The notes: generated by a model not told the origin, from the letters alone. DNA of 64,000 bases from Eledone cirrhosa (GCA_964016885.1 OZ024743.1:203174001-203238000), one strand, 5' to 3'. Counted from the stretch's first letter, positions 41,730 through 58,726 are shown. Translations and numbers: made by a program.

Positions 41730-42958
41730 TCTATATATATAAAACTGAGGATGTCTGTGTGTGAGTCTGAATCCCTAAGACTCGAGAAGCACCCAACCGA
41801 CTGTTTTCAACCTTTATACATGTAATACTTATGTTTCAGGGTGTGATCTGAGACAAACAAATTTCAAATGTTCAATGACCTAGGGACCGCATTAGGCGAT
41901 TTAGCGATCCCTCTCTATAATTCTTAGTCTTTCTCTTTTTAGATAGATACATACATATAACGTCGCGCCCTTATAATATCTGTCTGCATATCTGGCTGTC
42001 TGCTGCCTCCAGTTATTCTGCCACTCTTGCTCAAGACAAATCTCACACTCATTCCCCAAACAGTTGGTAAGTGCACACAACTTCTTCCTCACGTTTTAAG
42101 CCACAGTGTTGCTTACTTACGTACCACCAGACCCTTACTTCTTTGCCAGCCGTGATTGTGGCAATACTAAGCTTAGCTAAGGCGGTTATATATTTCACAC
42201 AACACTAACAATGAAAGCTGGTAACTATGTATTAGTCAGTCTCTTCATACCGTGAGCAAAGAAAATACAACTTTTAGTGGAGCGAGTAAAATAAAGTCGA
42301 TCCTGCTGCGATTCCAAAATCCTGTTTGCAGGTTATATATTTCACACAACACTAAAAATGAAAGCCGGTAAAGAAAAACATCGCTATAATAGCTTCAATG
42401 TTCACATTGTTGCTTACTTACGTGCCTTTACGAGAACAAAAGTTACTCAGGTAGTGTTATGTACATAAAAAAATTCAACTTTTTATCCCTTAGGGCCCGC
42501 ATTAGGTGAAAAACTGTGTTTTTTCAGGTTTTTAGGGGTATTTTGAGGCGTTACGTCAGACCGATTTCCTTGAAATTGTAACTATGTATTAGTCAGTCTC
42601 TTCTTCATACATTGAGCAAAGAAAATCCAACTTGTTTATCGCATTAGGTGAAAAACTTCATTTTTTTCAGCTTTTTAGGGGTTTTTTAGGCGTTAATTCT
42701 AGCCGATTTCCCGAAATTTCAAGACATATTATGCACATAAAAAAAATTCATTTTCTTGATGCCCTAGATGATGCCTTAGGTGAAAACCTGCATTTTTCCT
42801 GCTTCATCGAGGAAAATCTTAAAGATTATCCAGCCATCAGAATATTCGGTTTATTTTCTTTACATATTGCCGAGGCATGCAGTTTTTCCACGATTAGGTC
42901 TGTTGGCGGCCCGCGTTCCAGAATACCTTATCCCGTGCAACGCCGAGTACACTGCTAG
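41730..42958 (+). mobile_element. Non-autonomous Helitron, copy 2
   Basis: A|TCTATATATATAAAACT start and CCCGTGCAACGCCGAG...CTAG|T end, inserted between A and T. Confidence 0.8.
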
Positions 42959-43430
42959 TATAAAATATTTTTAATTTAAAAAAAAAACCTCTTAACTATT
43001 TACCTTGCAATGTCTGTGTTCGTACGTGTAGACACTATTACGCCGACATCTTCCATCTTCTGTTATGCTTCTTTCTAAATATCCTCCTCTCTTTCTATCC
43101 CTTATCCATTTCTGCCTCCACCCTCATTATTTCCGTCTACTAACCCCTAGCCTATATAGACACACCTAACCTTTTTTTGGAAACCTCTCCCTCCTTTATC
43201 ATCCTCTCCCTTCGGCCAGTGTAAGATTCCCTCGCCCGCTTATCCCAATGAAAACTCTAACCATGGGTGACCAACCCAGCAAATTACCTAATTCCACACA
43301 TCCCACATGAAAATGATACAATACAATTACACACCCAATGGAGAGGCTTCTTGAATACAAACTGAAACCGCTTGGTCGCGGTCGGAATTTTACTTCTCCC
43401 CCTCTCTCTATATATATATATCTATATATA

Positions 43431-44878
43431 TATTTATTAAAATAACAGATTAAAGTTTAAGCAAAGAATCGCTGCTTTCACCCTTAACGGGATCTTCTGA
43501 AACTAACAAAGTCAATCTGTAAACGCAGAACTGGATATTTCAAAAAACGTTGCAACCGGAGGAAGACAGGAAGACGATACTTTGGTTCGTGGTAACGTTC
43601 GCTGGCAAAGAACGGGAAAAAACGAATAATACGTCATTAATAGGAGCGGTAAAAAACAATTACGCGCGAAGACAGAGGCCCTGGAAATACTCTACGCCAC
43701 AGACCACATCTTAAACAAAAAATCTGAGGCAATTTCGGCTTGTAAACATAAATTGCACAAAACTTTCCTGTATTACAGCCCCACGTTATACCCTAACGGA
43801 TAGCACGACCTATACGTGGATATTTTACGTCTTGATGTGGGAGCTAAGTATATGTTTTGTTTATTCCTTTACTTATTTGCATAGGTAAGTATATATTACC
43901 CGTATGTTTTGTGAAGGTATGTATACTTTCTCGTACGTATATTTGATTGTTATGGCGTATAATTTTTACATAGTCTGGTATTTAGGGTTTGGCTATGTGT
44001 ATACGGGAGTTTCGCGTCTGCGTGAGTATGCAGGTTCGTACGTATGGTGGGTGTGTGTATATGTGTACTTCTTGTTTTAGTTGACTTACATCTCCGATCA
44101 TTCGTGTATTTATATGTAGGTATGCGTGTGCGCTTGTTATATACGTATTTATTTACTTATATACATTGATATAATTATTTATTTATTTGTACGCAAGCAT
44201 ACACACACACACACATATTTATATGTGCGTGGTTTTGTATACCTATGGTAAGGTTTTGCGTATGCTTGTGTATGTACGTATCTGTTTGCATGTATGTATT
44301 TATTTGTTTCTATTACTTCTGTATTGTATTTATTTACTTTGTTCTTAACTCTGAAGCGGAGATTAATTTTAGTCTACGACTTCTGCTATACCATTTACGT
44401 GGTTTTGTCTTTGCGTGCTATTATTCTCCACGCTCCACATACGACTTATTATCTTCGTTTTTTCGTTCATTGCCAGAGAACGTCTCTATGCACCACCTAA
44501 GAGAACATTAGTCTACGACCTCTTTTATACCATAAACGTGGTTCTGTCTTTGCGCGTAATTGTTTTTCACCGCTCCTATTAATGACGCATTATTCGTTTT
44601 TTCCCGTTCTTTGCCAGCGAACGTTACCACGAACCAAAGTATCGTCTTCCTGTCTTCCTCCGGTTGCAACGTTTTTTGAAATATCCAGTTCTGCGTTTAC
44701 AGATTGACTTTGTTAGTTTCAGAAGATCCCGTTAAGAGTGAAAGCAGCGATTCTTTGCTTAAACTTTAATCTGTTATTTTAATAAATATTTGCTCTACGG
44801 TTCTTATATTTTTGATATATATTTTCCTTATCGAGCCCTCTTTGGATTTTAGTCTTCAATTTTATTATTATTACTATC
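43431..44878 (+). mobile_element. 5'-truncated PLE family A copy with inverted terminal repeat
   Basis: 43431-43675 is an inverted copy of ~44545-44790. Direct body 43676-44878. HHR variants at 43445-43520 (-) and 44699-44774 (+). (TA)n flanks. Confidence 0.85.
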
Positions 44879-44954
44879 TATATATATATATATATGCGTG
44901 TGTGTGTGCGCGTGCGTGCGTGTGTGTGACTACGTGTGTATGTGCGTGTGTGTA

Positions 44955-45020
<66 letters not shown>

Positions 45021-45691
45021 CATATATGGAAAGAGACGTAAATACTACGTGTGTGCCGCTGCATGTGCATGTGTGTACATATGAGTGTGTATATTTGTGT
45101 GTGTATATATGTATGTATATTTGTATCCTTGTATGTATGTTTGCGGTCTGCATAGAATGTGCGTATACTCATTTAATCATTTAGTTATTTCTGGGCTCCA
45201 AAATTGTTCTGGTGGACATTTCATCTCAGACAGATCAATCTGTGTTAATCTTTTGAAAGATTGCTTCGTAATTTTCTGAAAGAAATTGCCTCATACACCT
45301 ACATTACTATAATAACTCCTATCTCCATATTAATCCGGCTTCAGTCGAAAGCAATAACTGTATAAGGTGAGAGTGCTACAGACGTAAAAAAATGTGCAAT
45401 GCATTTTAGATAGTTTCTTGTCATTTAGATAAAATGATGGATTATGAAGTATTTCCTGTGTTCTGAAAAATAACGTTAGGTAGATGACATGAATCAATAT
45501 CTACAAAGTATGATACTGTTACACATATACATATACAGAGATGAATACACACAAATTCATATATATATATATATGTACACTCACACATTCATTGAAATGT
45601 GTATATATATATGTGAGTGTCTGTACGTATATATAACTTACATACACACACACACATACCCCACCCATCCCACATATATATATATATATAG

Positions 45692-45754
<63 letters not shown>

Positions 45755-45825
45755 TATATACATATATATATATATTGTTGTATTTGGGGATGGTCGCGTC
45801 GTCAATATTGCCAATAGAATACATA

Positions 45826-45877
<52 letters not shown>

Positions 45878-45954
45878 CATATATATATAAAGACTCACTA
45901 GTATATACATATGTATATACATACATACGTATGTATCTATTGATGTACGTATAT

Positions 45955-46048
<94 letters not shown>

Positions 46049-46134
46049 AATTATATATATATATATGTACATAAATATGTATATATATATATATATATAT
46101 ATAATTTATATAATTATATATATAAATATATATT

Positions 46135-46208
<74 letters not shown>

Positions 46209-46233
46209 ATAATTATATATATAAATATATATT

Positions 46234-46324
<91 letters not shown>

Positions 46325-46521
46325 GAATGTATATATAGTGTATTTTGCAATAAACTGAAGGCTTATGTCACTTACTTCTTTTTTCAGGAAGTCTTTTGTC
46401 AGCTTATCTCCCTTTATTTGCTGAAAAAATAAGTAAGTGACATAGTCATTACTTTAAAAGAATAGCGTAAGGTCTTCAAAATGATTTTAATTAACCATAC
46501 AGCTATTTCAGAGCACCAATT

Positions 46522-47666
<1,145 letters not shown>

Positions 47667-48089
47667 CATACATACATATAATTTGGTAAATTTATACCAA
47701 GAATTTTCTAACTTGCTGTGGTTCAGCCATTATCAAATATGACTAACCTATGTGGAGCGAGTATATATTACACACAGTAAAATATCAATATATCAGTCAC
47801 ACACACATGTGTACATCAGGTCTGAATACAAAGGAACCAAACTCCCACTGCCATCGCATCCATCCCTCCCGCTCACTCCATCTCTCATTATTATGAGCAA
47901 ATGGGGGCCCACACGCTGTTTGCCCTGCAGCTCTGGCGGACAGAATAGAGAAAGCGTTTGCCCGGGGCAAGGGGAGGGACATATGCTGGAAAAGCTAACC
48001 TATTCATTCAAAATATAATCAATATATAGTCAAAGCTTTAAAAAACGAGTAAACAATTCTGTGCCATTGTATTGGTGTTAAAAGGCCAA

Positions 48090-48610
48090 GGTTTCTCATC
48101 TGCATGAAAGGTTACGGCTTGAGTTTTTTCGATGTTAAATGCATTGTGTTTTTTGACTATCTTCAAAGGGATCACACCGTCAATGGCGTGTATTATGCCA
48201 ACATGCTGAGGCAGTTACGAATGGCTATCAAGGACAACCGCCCAGGAAAACTGACGAAAAGTATCTTGATTGAACATGTCAATACTCCAGCACACACGTC
48301 ATTGGTGTCAATTGCTGTTTTACGTGATCGTGGCTTTACACTGGCTAATCACCTTATCTATGATCCTGATTTCGCCCCATCTGATTATCATCTGTTACCC
48401 AACATGAAAACACTTAGTTGGAAACTAGTATCGCAGTGATGATGACACCATATCTGCTGTTGGTGGCTTTCTTTTACTAACAGGATGAAAGCTTTCACCA
48501 ATTGGAACCAAACACTGTGTAGACCACAAGGGTATTATGTTGAAAGATAAAGCTCGTTTGGCCCCATTTCATGAACGTATCTTGGTCTGGCTATGAACTT
48601 TTCAGCAGAG
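48090..48610 (+). mobile_element. Mariner transposase C-terminal remnant and 3' end
   Basis: DYLQRDHTVNGVYY, HVNTPAH (from HDNAPxH) and YDPDFAPSDYHL. Confidence 0.85.
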
Positions 48611-48625
48611 CATTATATATATGTA

Positions 48626-49008
48626 GGGCGGTGGATTGTCAGTATCAGTAGAGAGTCGGGCGCCATGCTTTGTAGCAAAGAGTTACGTCCCTTTATGGTC
48701 TGAGTTCAAATCCCACCGAGGTTAACTTTGCCTTTCATCCTTACGGGGTCGATAAAATAAAGCACCAGTAATACACTGGAATAATTGCTGGCCTTGTGCC
48801 AAATATAGAAACAATTAAGGGCGGTGGATGGGCAGCATCGGTAGAGGGTCGAACGCAATGCTTTGCATCACAGAGTTATAGCCATTTGTGTTCTGAGTTC
48901 AAATCTCGCCGTGGTTAACTTTGCCTTTCATCCTAACGAGGTCGATAAAATAAAGTACCAGCAATGCACTGGAGTAATTGCTGGCATTGTGTCAACAGTA
49001 GAAACAAT
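48626..49008 (+). mobile_element. Two tandem full-length SINEs
   Basis: GGGCGGTGGAT starts at 48626 and 48819, each with B box and core. Confidence 0.88.
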
Positions 49009-49026
49009 TTTATATATGTATATATG

Positions 49027-49118
<92 letters not shown>

Positions 49119-49542
49119 TGGATTGACACCTTTGCTCAGATTCTTGATGTTGGTGGAATGATATGTACAGACTTAGTTTCACCAGCCAATTACGGTGCAT
49201 GCAATTCATGTCTGCTATTAATAAAATGCCATTCATAAACTAGCTAACAATGATAGATCGAATCAATGTTGGTTTTAGCATAAACGACAAAGAAACGTTT
49301 GCTCTGTATCATTTAACTGCAGTTTAATTCTGAACAAACCTACACTAAATACATTTTCAGGCGTTTGACCCATTTTTGTGCATATTTAAAACATCTCATG
49401 TGTGAATTTAAGACCCCAATTTTATATAGGACCTTCCGGCGGGGATGGGGTGGGGATGGGGGAGGGGGATTAAGATGTATGTTTGTAAGAATATTTGGTT
49501 ACTGTTTATAACAGATGGAGTCAAAATATAGAGGCACTTTTA

Positions 49543-49810
49543 TTGATGATGATGATGATGATAATGACGATGATGATGATGATGATGATGATGTTGATGT
49601 CAAAATACTGAAGATTCTGATGATGATTCTGATAAAGATAATCATAGTTATGATGGTGTTGATGTTGTTCATCACAATGAAGATGATGATGATCATGATG
49701 ATGATGATCATGATGATAATGATGAAGGAGGATGATGGCTATGTCTATCATGACGACTATAGATGATGACCAAAATGATGATGCTCGTAATGATGGTAAT
49801 GTTGACAATG
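49543..49810. repeat. Degenerate (GAT)n
   Basis: Direct reading. Confidence 0.9.
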
Positions 49811-50233
49811 TTGTAGTTATGACCCAGCCATTTCCTGTAATCTAGCCATCAAGTAATAATAAAGTTGCAAAGAAGACCAAAAATATCTATCTCATTACCC
49901 ACAACACGTAAATGATTAGATATAAACCAAAACAAGTAAAAATATGAAAAATCATGAGCAAACATAATATATAATTTCAATATGAAATAGATATTAAAGC
50001 AATATTGTTTAATATCCTTTTGTTTTCAACTTGGAAATTCTCAGGGATCATTGATATTTGGTGTTTGTTTTACATTGTGATTATGTCACAGGTCATTCGT
50101 GATTCAATATGCCTATAACGACTTTCCGTCTCTGAACACTTCCCTGCGTCTTCATATATATATTTATATATATATATATATCCGTTTCCGTGTATATATA
50201 TGTCCGTTTACGTATATATTTATCCGTTTACAT

Positions 50234-50330
<97 letters not shown>

Positions 50331-50446
50331 GCGAACTAAACGGATAAACAGAACAGAGACATTATATAGTACAATGAAGTTATATATTACTTTAACACTT
50401 TAACGGTTGATATGGTAGGAAAGAGAGACGCAATGTGGTGGTACTT

Positions 50447-50566
<120 letters not shown>

Positions 50567-50707
50567 ACATTTTCCTGTGAGCATGACTTGGCAAGCTATT
50601 TAGAACAGTGGTTTAATAACCACTTTACTTCCCTCCGAAGAAGAGATATTATCTCGAAAATTAAGGATATTTAAATGAATTTAATTGTCAACAATATCTT
50701 TTGCATT

Positions 50708-52794
<2,087 letters not shown>

Positions 52795-52883
52795 TATACA
52801 TATGTATGTATACTTATGTAGGTATTTATGTGTGTAAATATGTGTGTATGTATTTATGTATATATATAACTATATATATATCC

Positions 52884-52914
<31 letters not shown>

Positions 52915-53267
52915 TGTGAGTGAGTGGGTGGGTGTATATCGACACTACAGTGTTTTATATATCCCTCATTAAAGCATGGTTTCACTGTTATTACTAATAT
53001 CCCACACGGTTGAGCGAATGTCATATCTTTTTCCGAGTATGAAAAACTTTATTATACAATATGTTGTTGCTTGTTATTTTAAAACAGGACACCTTGATGT
53101 GAATATACATACATACATATAAATATATAAATACACACACACACACCGACACACACACGCGCACACACACACATACACACACATATGTATATACATAAAT
53201 ACATACACACATAGTTACATACATACAATCATACATACATACATACATACATACATACATACATACA

Positions 53268-53298
<31 letters not shown>

Positions 53299-53322
53299 GT
53301 ATATATATATATATATATATAT

Positions 53323-53549
53323 CGGAGAAAGTATGACCCCGACGGCAGAGCTCAAGCCGTTTCGACGGCTATTTCTTGAGTAAATAAAATAGTAAAAATA
53401 GTAAATATAGTAAATAAAATAGCCGTCGAAACGGCTTGAACTCTGCCGTTGGGGTCATACTTTCTACTATTACCCACTCTACTACCCTAAGTATTGAGTA
53501 CTCTGGTGCGTTATGGTACATCTGGTTCCTTACCACATTTCCTTCGTTA
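53323..53549 (+). mobile_element. Fold-back PLE-like terminal fragment carrying a half hammerhead (copy 2)
   Basis: Arms at 53326-53374 and 53417-53465. GAAA-cggc..gccg-TY-gggg. Confidence 0.65.
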
Positions 53550-53642
53550 TATATATATATATATATATAATGCACAAATATATCTTTGTTAAAGTTTGCT
53601 GAAGAAACCAAATATTTCCTAGTACCTTCGTAACACAGTAAT

Positions 53643-53733
<91 letters not shown>

Positions 53734-54782
53734 GGTACCGATTAATAGCTGAAGAAGTAAATCTTAGCGCTATCAACAATCAATATAATTCGTTGTTTGT
53801 GTATGGTTTGAATGTGTTGAAAGCTTTGTTTAGTTAGCGGTTAAACAATAAATCATAATGCCAACCGGGTGTGACGTGTATCTTAGAGAAAGTTATAAGT
53901 AGTATATAGTTTATGTTACTATGCGTTGTTTTTCCTTGCTATTCTGCAGCAACTAGATTGGCAAAAGATATAAAAAAGAACACTCGATAATCTATTGAAA
54001 GATTAGTTAGACCGCAAAATAGCTGTCTCTGTGATGCCTAGTTACAATCCTTTGAACGAGGGAGTGCTGTTAACTTCTCAATCAAAGTACTCGAAATAGG
54101 AGTTAGGCTATAAAATCAAACGGTATTGTTTATTAAATGAATGAAATCTTGCATAAAATGCAATGAATATAAGCATTCTCTCTCTTAGTTAGAATCATAA
54201 ACATCTTTAATCGAAGATATTTATCTGTCTTCACTATATATATATATGTTTGTGGGGGGGGGGGTCTTTCTTTACTTCCTCTTCATGTCTTTTCTATACC
54301 ACTGTGTTAGTTTTCTTTGTCTCTACGCTGGACTGTAGTCCATATATTTTTGATTTTTTTTATATTTTTACATTTTTCAAGCACCTTTTCTATCTCTCTT
54401 CCTTTTTAGTTAATGAATCTAGCATTTTTCTTCTTTATTTGGGTAATTTACCGAAAAGCACAGCTCTTCCTGTGTCTACCTCTTTTGTTGCGACCCAATG
54501 TGCACTGCAATGAGTAGTAACCACCTTGATGCACTGAAACTTTAGTAAATTCCAGAGTTTGAATGATGAGAAGGAAGAGTCAGTTTTTCCATTGTTCTTT
54601 CTGTTGCCTTAGTCCAATACGTCTACCTCTTTTGGATAAATATATATATATATATGGTTATGTAACTGTTATATAAATTCCTTTCAACTAAACTGTATCC
54701 ATTCAAATCTTTCTATATATATATATATATATATATAATAAATGTGGAGAGGAAGCACACGAGTTATGATATATATATATAT

Positions 54783-55584
54783 ATATGAAAACAGGGGGAA
54801 AAAGACGATTATTAAGAAGAAAAATATTTTTTTTTCCCTTTTTATTTATTTCTCTCTTTTTTCTGGGTTAGAAAATGATTAAAACAAAATATTTTACTTT
54901 GTGTGAAGTGTTAAGGTATTAGTTGATTTATTTATTAATTAACAATGGCATTTATTAATTTATTTATATATTTAATAATTGTCTATTACCGGTTCCAGCA
55001 TTTTTATGCATTATCAAATGATAGTGATATGTATTGGTGTAGAATGGTGGTGTTGGACATGTTAAAGAAATGGTGCAGAAAGAATAATGTTATTTACAAA
55101 CAAGGTTTATGAAGTGAAAAGAAAAAAGGGAGCGTAATGTGGAGCATAAAAAGTCAATGTTAAAGAAAAAATACAGGCATAGTTCTTGAAGTTAAGAAGA
55201 TCAAAATATGTTAATATAGCAAGGGTGCTTAGTTGATCCATTGATTTATTTTCACTTCATAAACCTGGTTTGTAAATAACATTATTCTTTCTGCACCATT
55301 TCTTTAACATGTCCAACACCACCATTCTACACCAATACATATCACTATCATTTGATAATGCATAAAAATGCTGAAACCGGTAATAGACAATTATTAAATA
55401 TATAAATAAATAAATAAATAAATAAATAAAAGCCATTGTTAATTAATAAATAAATCAACTAATATCTTAACACAAAATAAAATGTTTCGTTTTAATAATT
55501 TTCTAACCCAGAAAAAAAGAGAGAAAGAAATAAAAAGGGAAAAAAATATTTTTTTCTTACTAATAATCGTCTTTTTCTCCCTGT

Positions 55585-55595
<11 letters not shown>
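54783..55595. repeat. ~340-bp-arm fold-back element between (TA)n tracts
   Basis: 54783-55120 is the reverse complement of 55249-55595, with a ~128-nt spacer. Confidence 0.9.
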
Positions 55596-55621
<26 letters not shown>

Positions 55622-55812
55622 TGTGTGTGTGTGTGTTTGCGTGTGCGTGTATGTGTGTGTTTTTCTCCGTGTGTGCGTGTCTGTGTGTAAAGTTTGATAT
55701 ACTAAACTTAATACACACTCTCTGCTATCAAACGTTCACATTAGTCCCACCTCCTGTAAGTCATCAACAAAATAACTCATAGGCAGGGGTGAGTCCTTGT
55801 GTGGGGGGGGTA

Positions 55813-55891
<79 letters not shown>

Positions 55892-56003
55892 TAAGAGGGA
55901 GGTTTAACTACTATTTTTAGCTCTTGATGTGGCTGAATACAGAAATTCCTCGCCTTTAGCATGTTATTGTAGGTTTTGTGCCAAAAGTAAAAACAATTAT
56001 TAT

Positions 56004-56505
56004 GTGGATTGTCAGTATCGGTAGAGAGTCGGACATCATGCTTTGCAGCATAGCGTTACGCCCCTTTATGGTCTATGTTCAAATCCCGCCGAGGTTAACT
56101 TTGCCTTTCATCCTAATGGGGTCGATAAAATAAAGTACCAGTAATGCACTGGTGTAATTGCTAGCCTTGTGCCAAAAGTAGAAACACCATTATTATCGTT
56201 TGTCCCGCTGTACGTATATAGATGCGTGTATGTATATATTTAATTATTATTACTTTTATGATTTTAATAACCTCTGTCATTTTCGTTCTACTAATTTATT
56301 TACATTATTCTTCGGTGGATTGGCAGTATCGGTAGAGGGTCGGACGGCATGCTTTGCAGCAAAGAGTTACGGCCCTTTATGATCTGTGTTCAAATCCCGC
56401 CAAAGTTAACTTTGTCTTTCATCCTTACGGAGTGGATAAAATAAAGTACCAGTAATGCACTGGGATAATTGGTAGCCTTATGCTAAATGTAGAAACAATT
56501 ATTAT
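56004..56505 (+). mobile_element. SINE + PLE-UTR fragment + chimeric SINE
   Basis: SINE at 56004-56195. 56221-56315 matches the reverse complement of ~24750-24843. Second SINE at 56313-56505. Confidence 0.8.
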
Positions 56506-56640
56506 CGTGGTAATCTTCAACATTTTTGCCTCTGTCACTATCACATTATTTACGTTTTTGAATAAGAGAAGTATCCGATCAATATCAGAATGCAGCATCT
56601 GTAAGGTTTGTTTTATTACAAGATACTACTACTACTACTG

Positions 56641-56673
<33 letters not shown>

Positions 56674-57823
56674 TTACTAGTAATGGTGATGTGGATGACG
56701 ATGAAAATGGATTCGATTTAGCTGACCTAAAAGTATTTCTGAATGCATCCGACCTATGTTGTCAAAAGCCTATTATGTCTTTCCCCGCGTTTTCAGTTAT
56801 ATATATATATATGCGGGAGCTGCGTGAGGGCGTGAGTCTGAACGTGTGCATGTAGGCGGGCGGGCGAGTGTGTGTGTGTATGCATAAATATTCATATATA
56901 TATACATATATTACTCTTTTCTTTACGCTGACTAGGGGATATGCCTTTTTCAGCATATAATATTCATATAATTATACATATATGTGTGTTTGTGTGTGTC
57001 TGCGTGTATGTGTGTGTCTGTGAGAGTTTCTGTTTATATATGAGTGTATCTACACGGTGTAATATATCGATATATAATAATTAGCTTAGTGTGTTTATTC
57101 TCCTTCACGCCAAGAAGATATTTTTAGAGGTAGGAATCTGTCGAACGATAAATAGAGAATAAGTGTGTGACTAGTAAAATCAAGGTGCTTGTATAGACTT
57201 GCAATGGCTTTCATAGTGTGTGAGACTACGAAGATTAGTTTAGGCTGGACTAAAATGCTAACAATATATTGCGTTAACCATCATTTACATTGGTACTGTA
57301 AAATTTGGGATTGATGAAATACTAGAATAATGATAAATATATGTAAATCTTCTTTGATTCATATATAATATTTTAAATATGTCTGTAAATAATGTATCGT
57401 CATTTTTAATTAATTTTTCCTATATATCATTAACCCATTCAACACTATTGGCGTATATTATACCCTAATGTTTCCATTCATCAAACTGAGTTATGAAAAT
57501 GTTAAGGAAGAGAGAATCAAAATTTCAAATAATTTCATTTAATTAAAAATACTTCCGTTCATTTAATATTTTCTTTGTTCAATGTCAAGATTGAATTTAA
57601 AATTTAACCAATAAGAATAATACAACTGAAAATTTATGGTGTGGATCAAATAATTTCCACCCCATTAACTCAAACATTAACTTGCATTCAGGAACATATC
57701 TTGCATCCTTAAACTTGACAGTATTGAGTCGCGTTTTTATATTACTCACCGTAAGTGTTGTGTTTGTATTAAAAGAGTGATAGTGTTCAATGATGTTTTT
57801 AGAAAAATAAATAATTTAATAAT

Positions 57824-57919
57824 TGTTTCTACTTTAGGCACAAGGCCAGCAATTACTCAGTGCATTATTGGTACTTAATTTTATCGACCCCGTAAGGATG
57901 AAAGGCAAAGTTAACCTCG
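57824..57919 (-). mobile_element. 5'-truncated SINE with 15-bp TSD
   Basis: TSD AAATAATTTAATAAT at 57809-57823 and 57920-57934. Confidence 0.85.
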
Positions 57920-58051
57920 AAATAATTTAATAATGGGCCTATTTGCATTCCCTTGTGTGCCTTATTTTGATCTCAGGGAGTAGAGCACTATCTCTTACAA
58001 ACTTCTTTCTGGGGTACATATTAATGTCCACTTCTTCGATTGTCTTTTCCT

Positions 58052-58138
<87 letters not shown>

Positions 58139-58356
58139 TTAAGTTAAAGTGTACATCTACATATGTATACGGAAGTACTAGTATGCATATAAATACACAC
58201 ATGTATACATATGTACATGTACTGAGTTTTTCACTAGACACTTTACAGTGAGTGTCCAGCTAGTCTGTATGTAACCACACAGACGGACCGGGTTTTAGAG
58301 TCATACGAGTTTTCAAGGAAACACATTTCCTCTATTCTCCAGAGAGCCAGACAGGA

Positions 58357-58399
58357 ATATTGGACTAGTTTCGATGTTATTACATCTCATCAGCAATAT
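58357..58399 (-). ncRNA. Minimal type I hammerhead ribozyme (inverted unit)
   Basis: Reverse complement is identical to 58684-58726. Confidence 0.85.
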
Positions 58400-58683
58400 A
58401 TACCCATCTTCCGGCTTCTCTAGAGAATTGTAAAAGCACATATCGTTATATGCTTTTTCTATGAAAATTAGTAGTGGGTAGACTAATTTGCATAGAACGT
58501 GAGTCATTGTACGCACCGGTTCAGCGGAAACGATAAAAACAAATAACGAAACGAAATTAAATTTCGTTTCGCTTCTAACTCACTTTTGTATGCAAATTAG
58601 TCTACCCACTACTAATTTTCATAGAAAAAGCATATAACGATATGTGCTTTTACAATTCTCTAGAGAAGCCGGAAGATGGGTAT

Positions 58684-58726
58684 ATATTGCTGATGAGATG
58701 TAATAACATCGAAACTAGTCCAATAT
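58684..58726 (+). ncRNA. Minimal type I hammerhead ribozyme
   Basis: ATATTG-CTGATGA-gatgt.aata.acatc-GAAA-ctag-TC-CAATAT. Complete core, with predicted GUC cleavage after 58720. Confidence 0.88.

Noticed and set aside
48626-48816. tRNA gene
   Set aside because: The A/B boxes belong to a multi-copy SINE head, and there is no proper cloverleaf.
49499-49808. Poly-Asp/Met/His protein
   Set aside because: It is a degenerate (GAT)n microsatellite with no splice or domain evidence.
50219-50349. Fold-back element around (TA)n
   Set aside because: Only ~20-bp imperfect arms, which is too little to assign.
53741-53832. Hammerhead with long stem II (CTGAAGA...GAAAGCTT)
   Set aside because: The stem I register does not fit with an unpaired H17, so it is too ambiguous.
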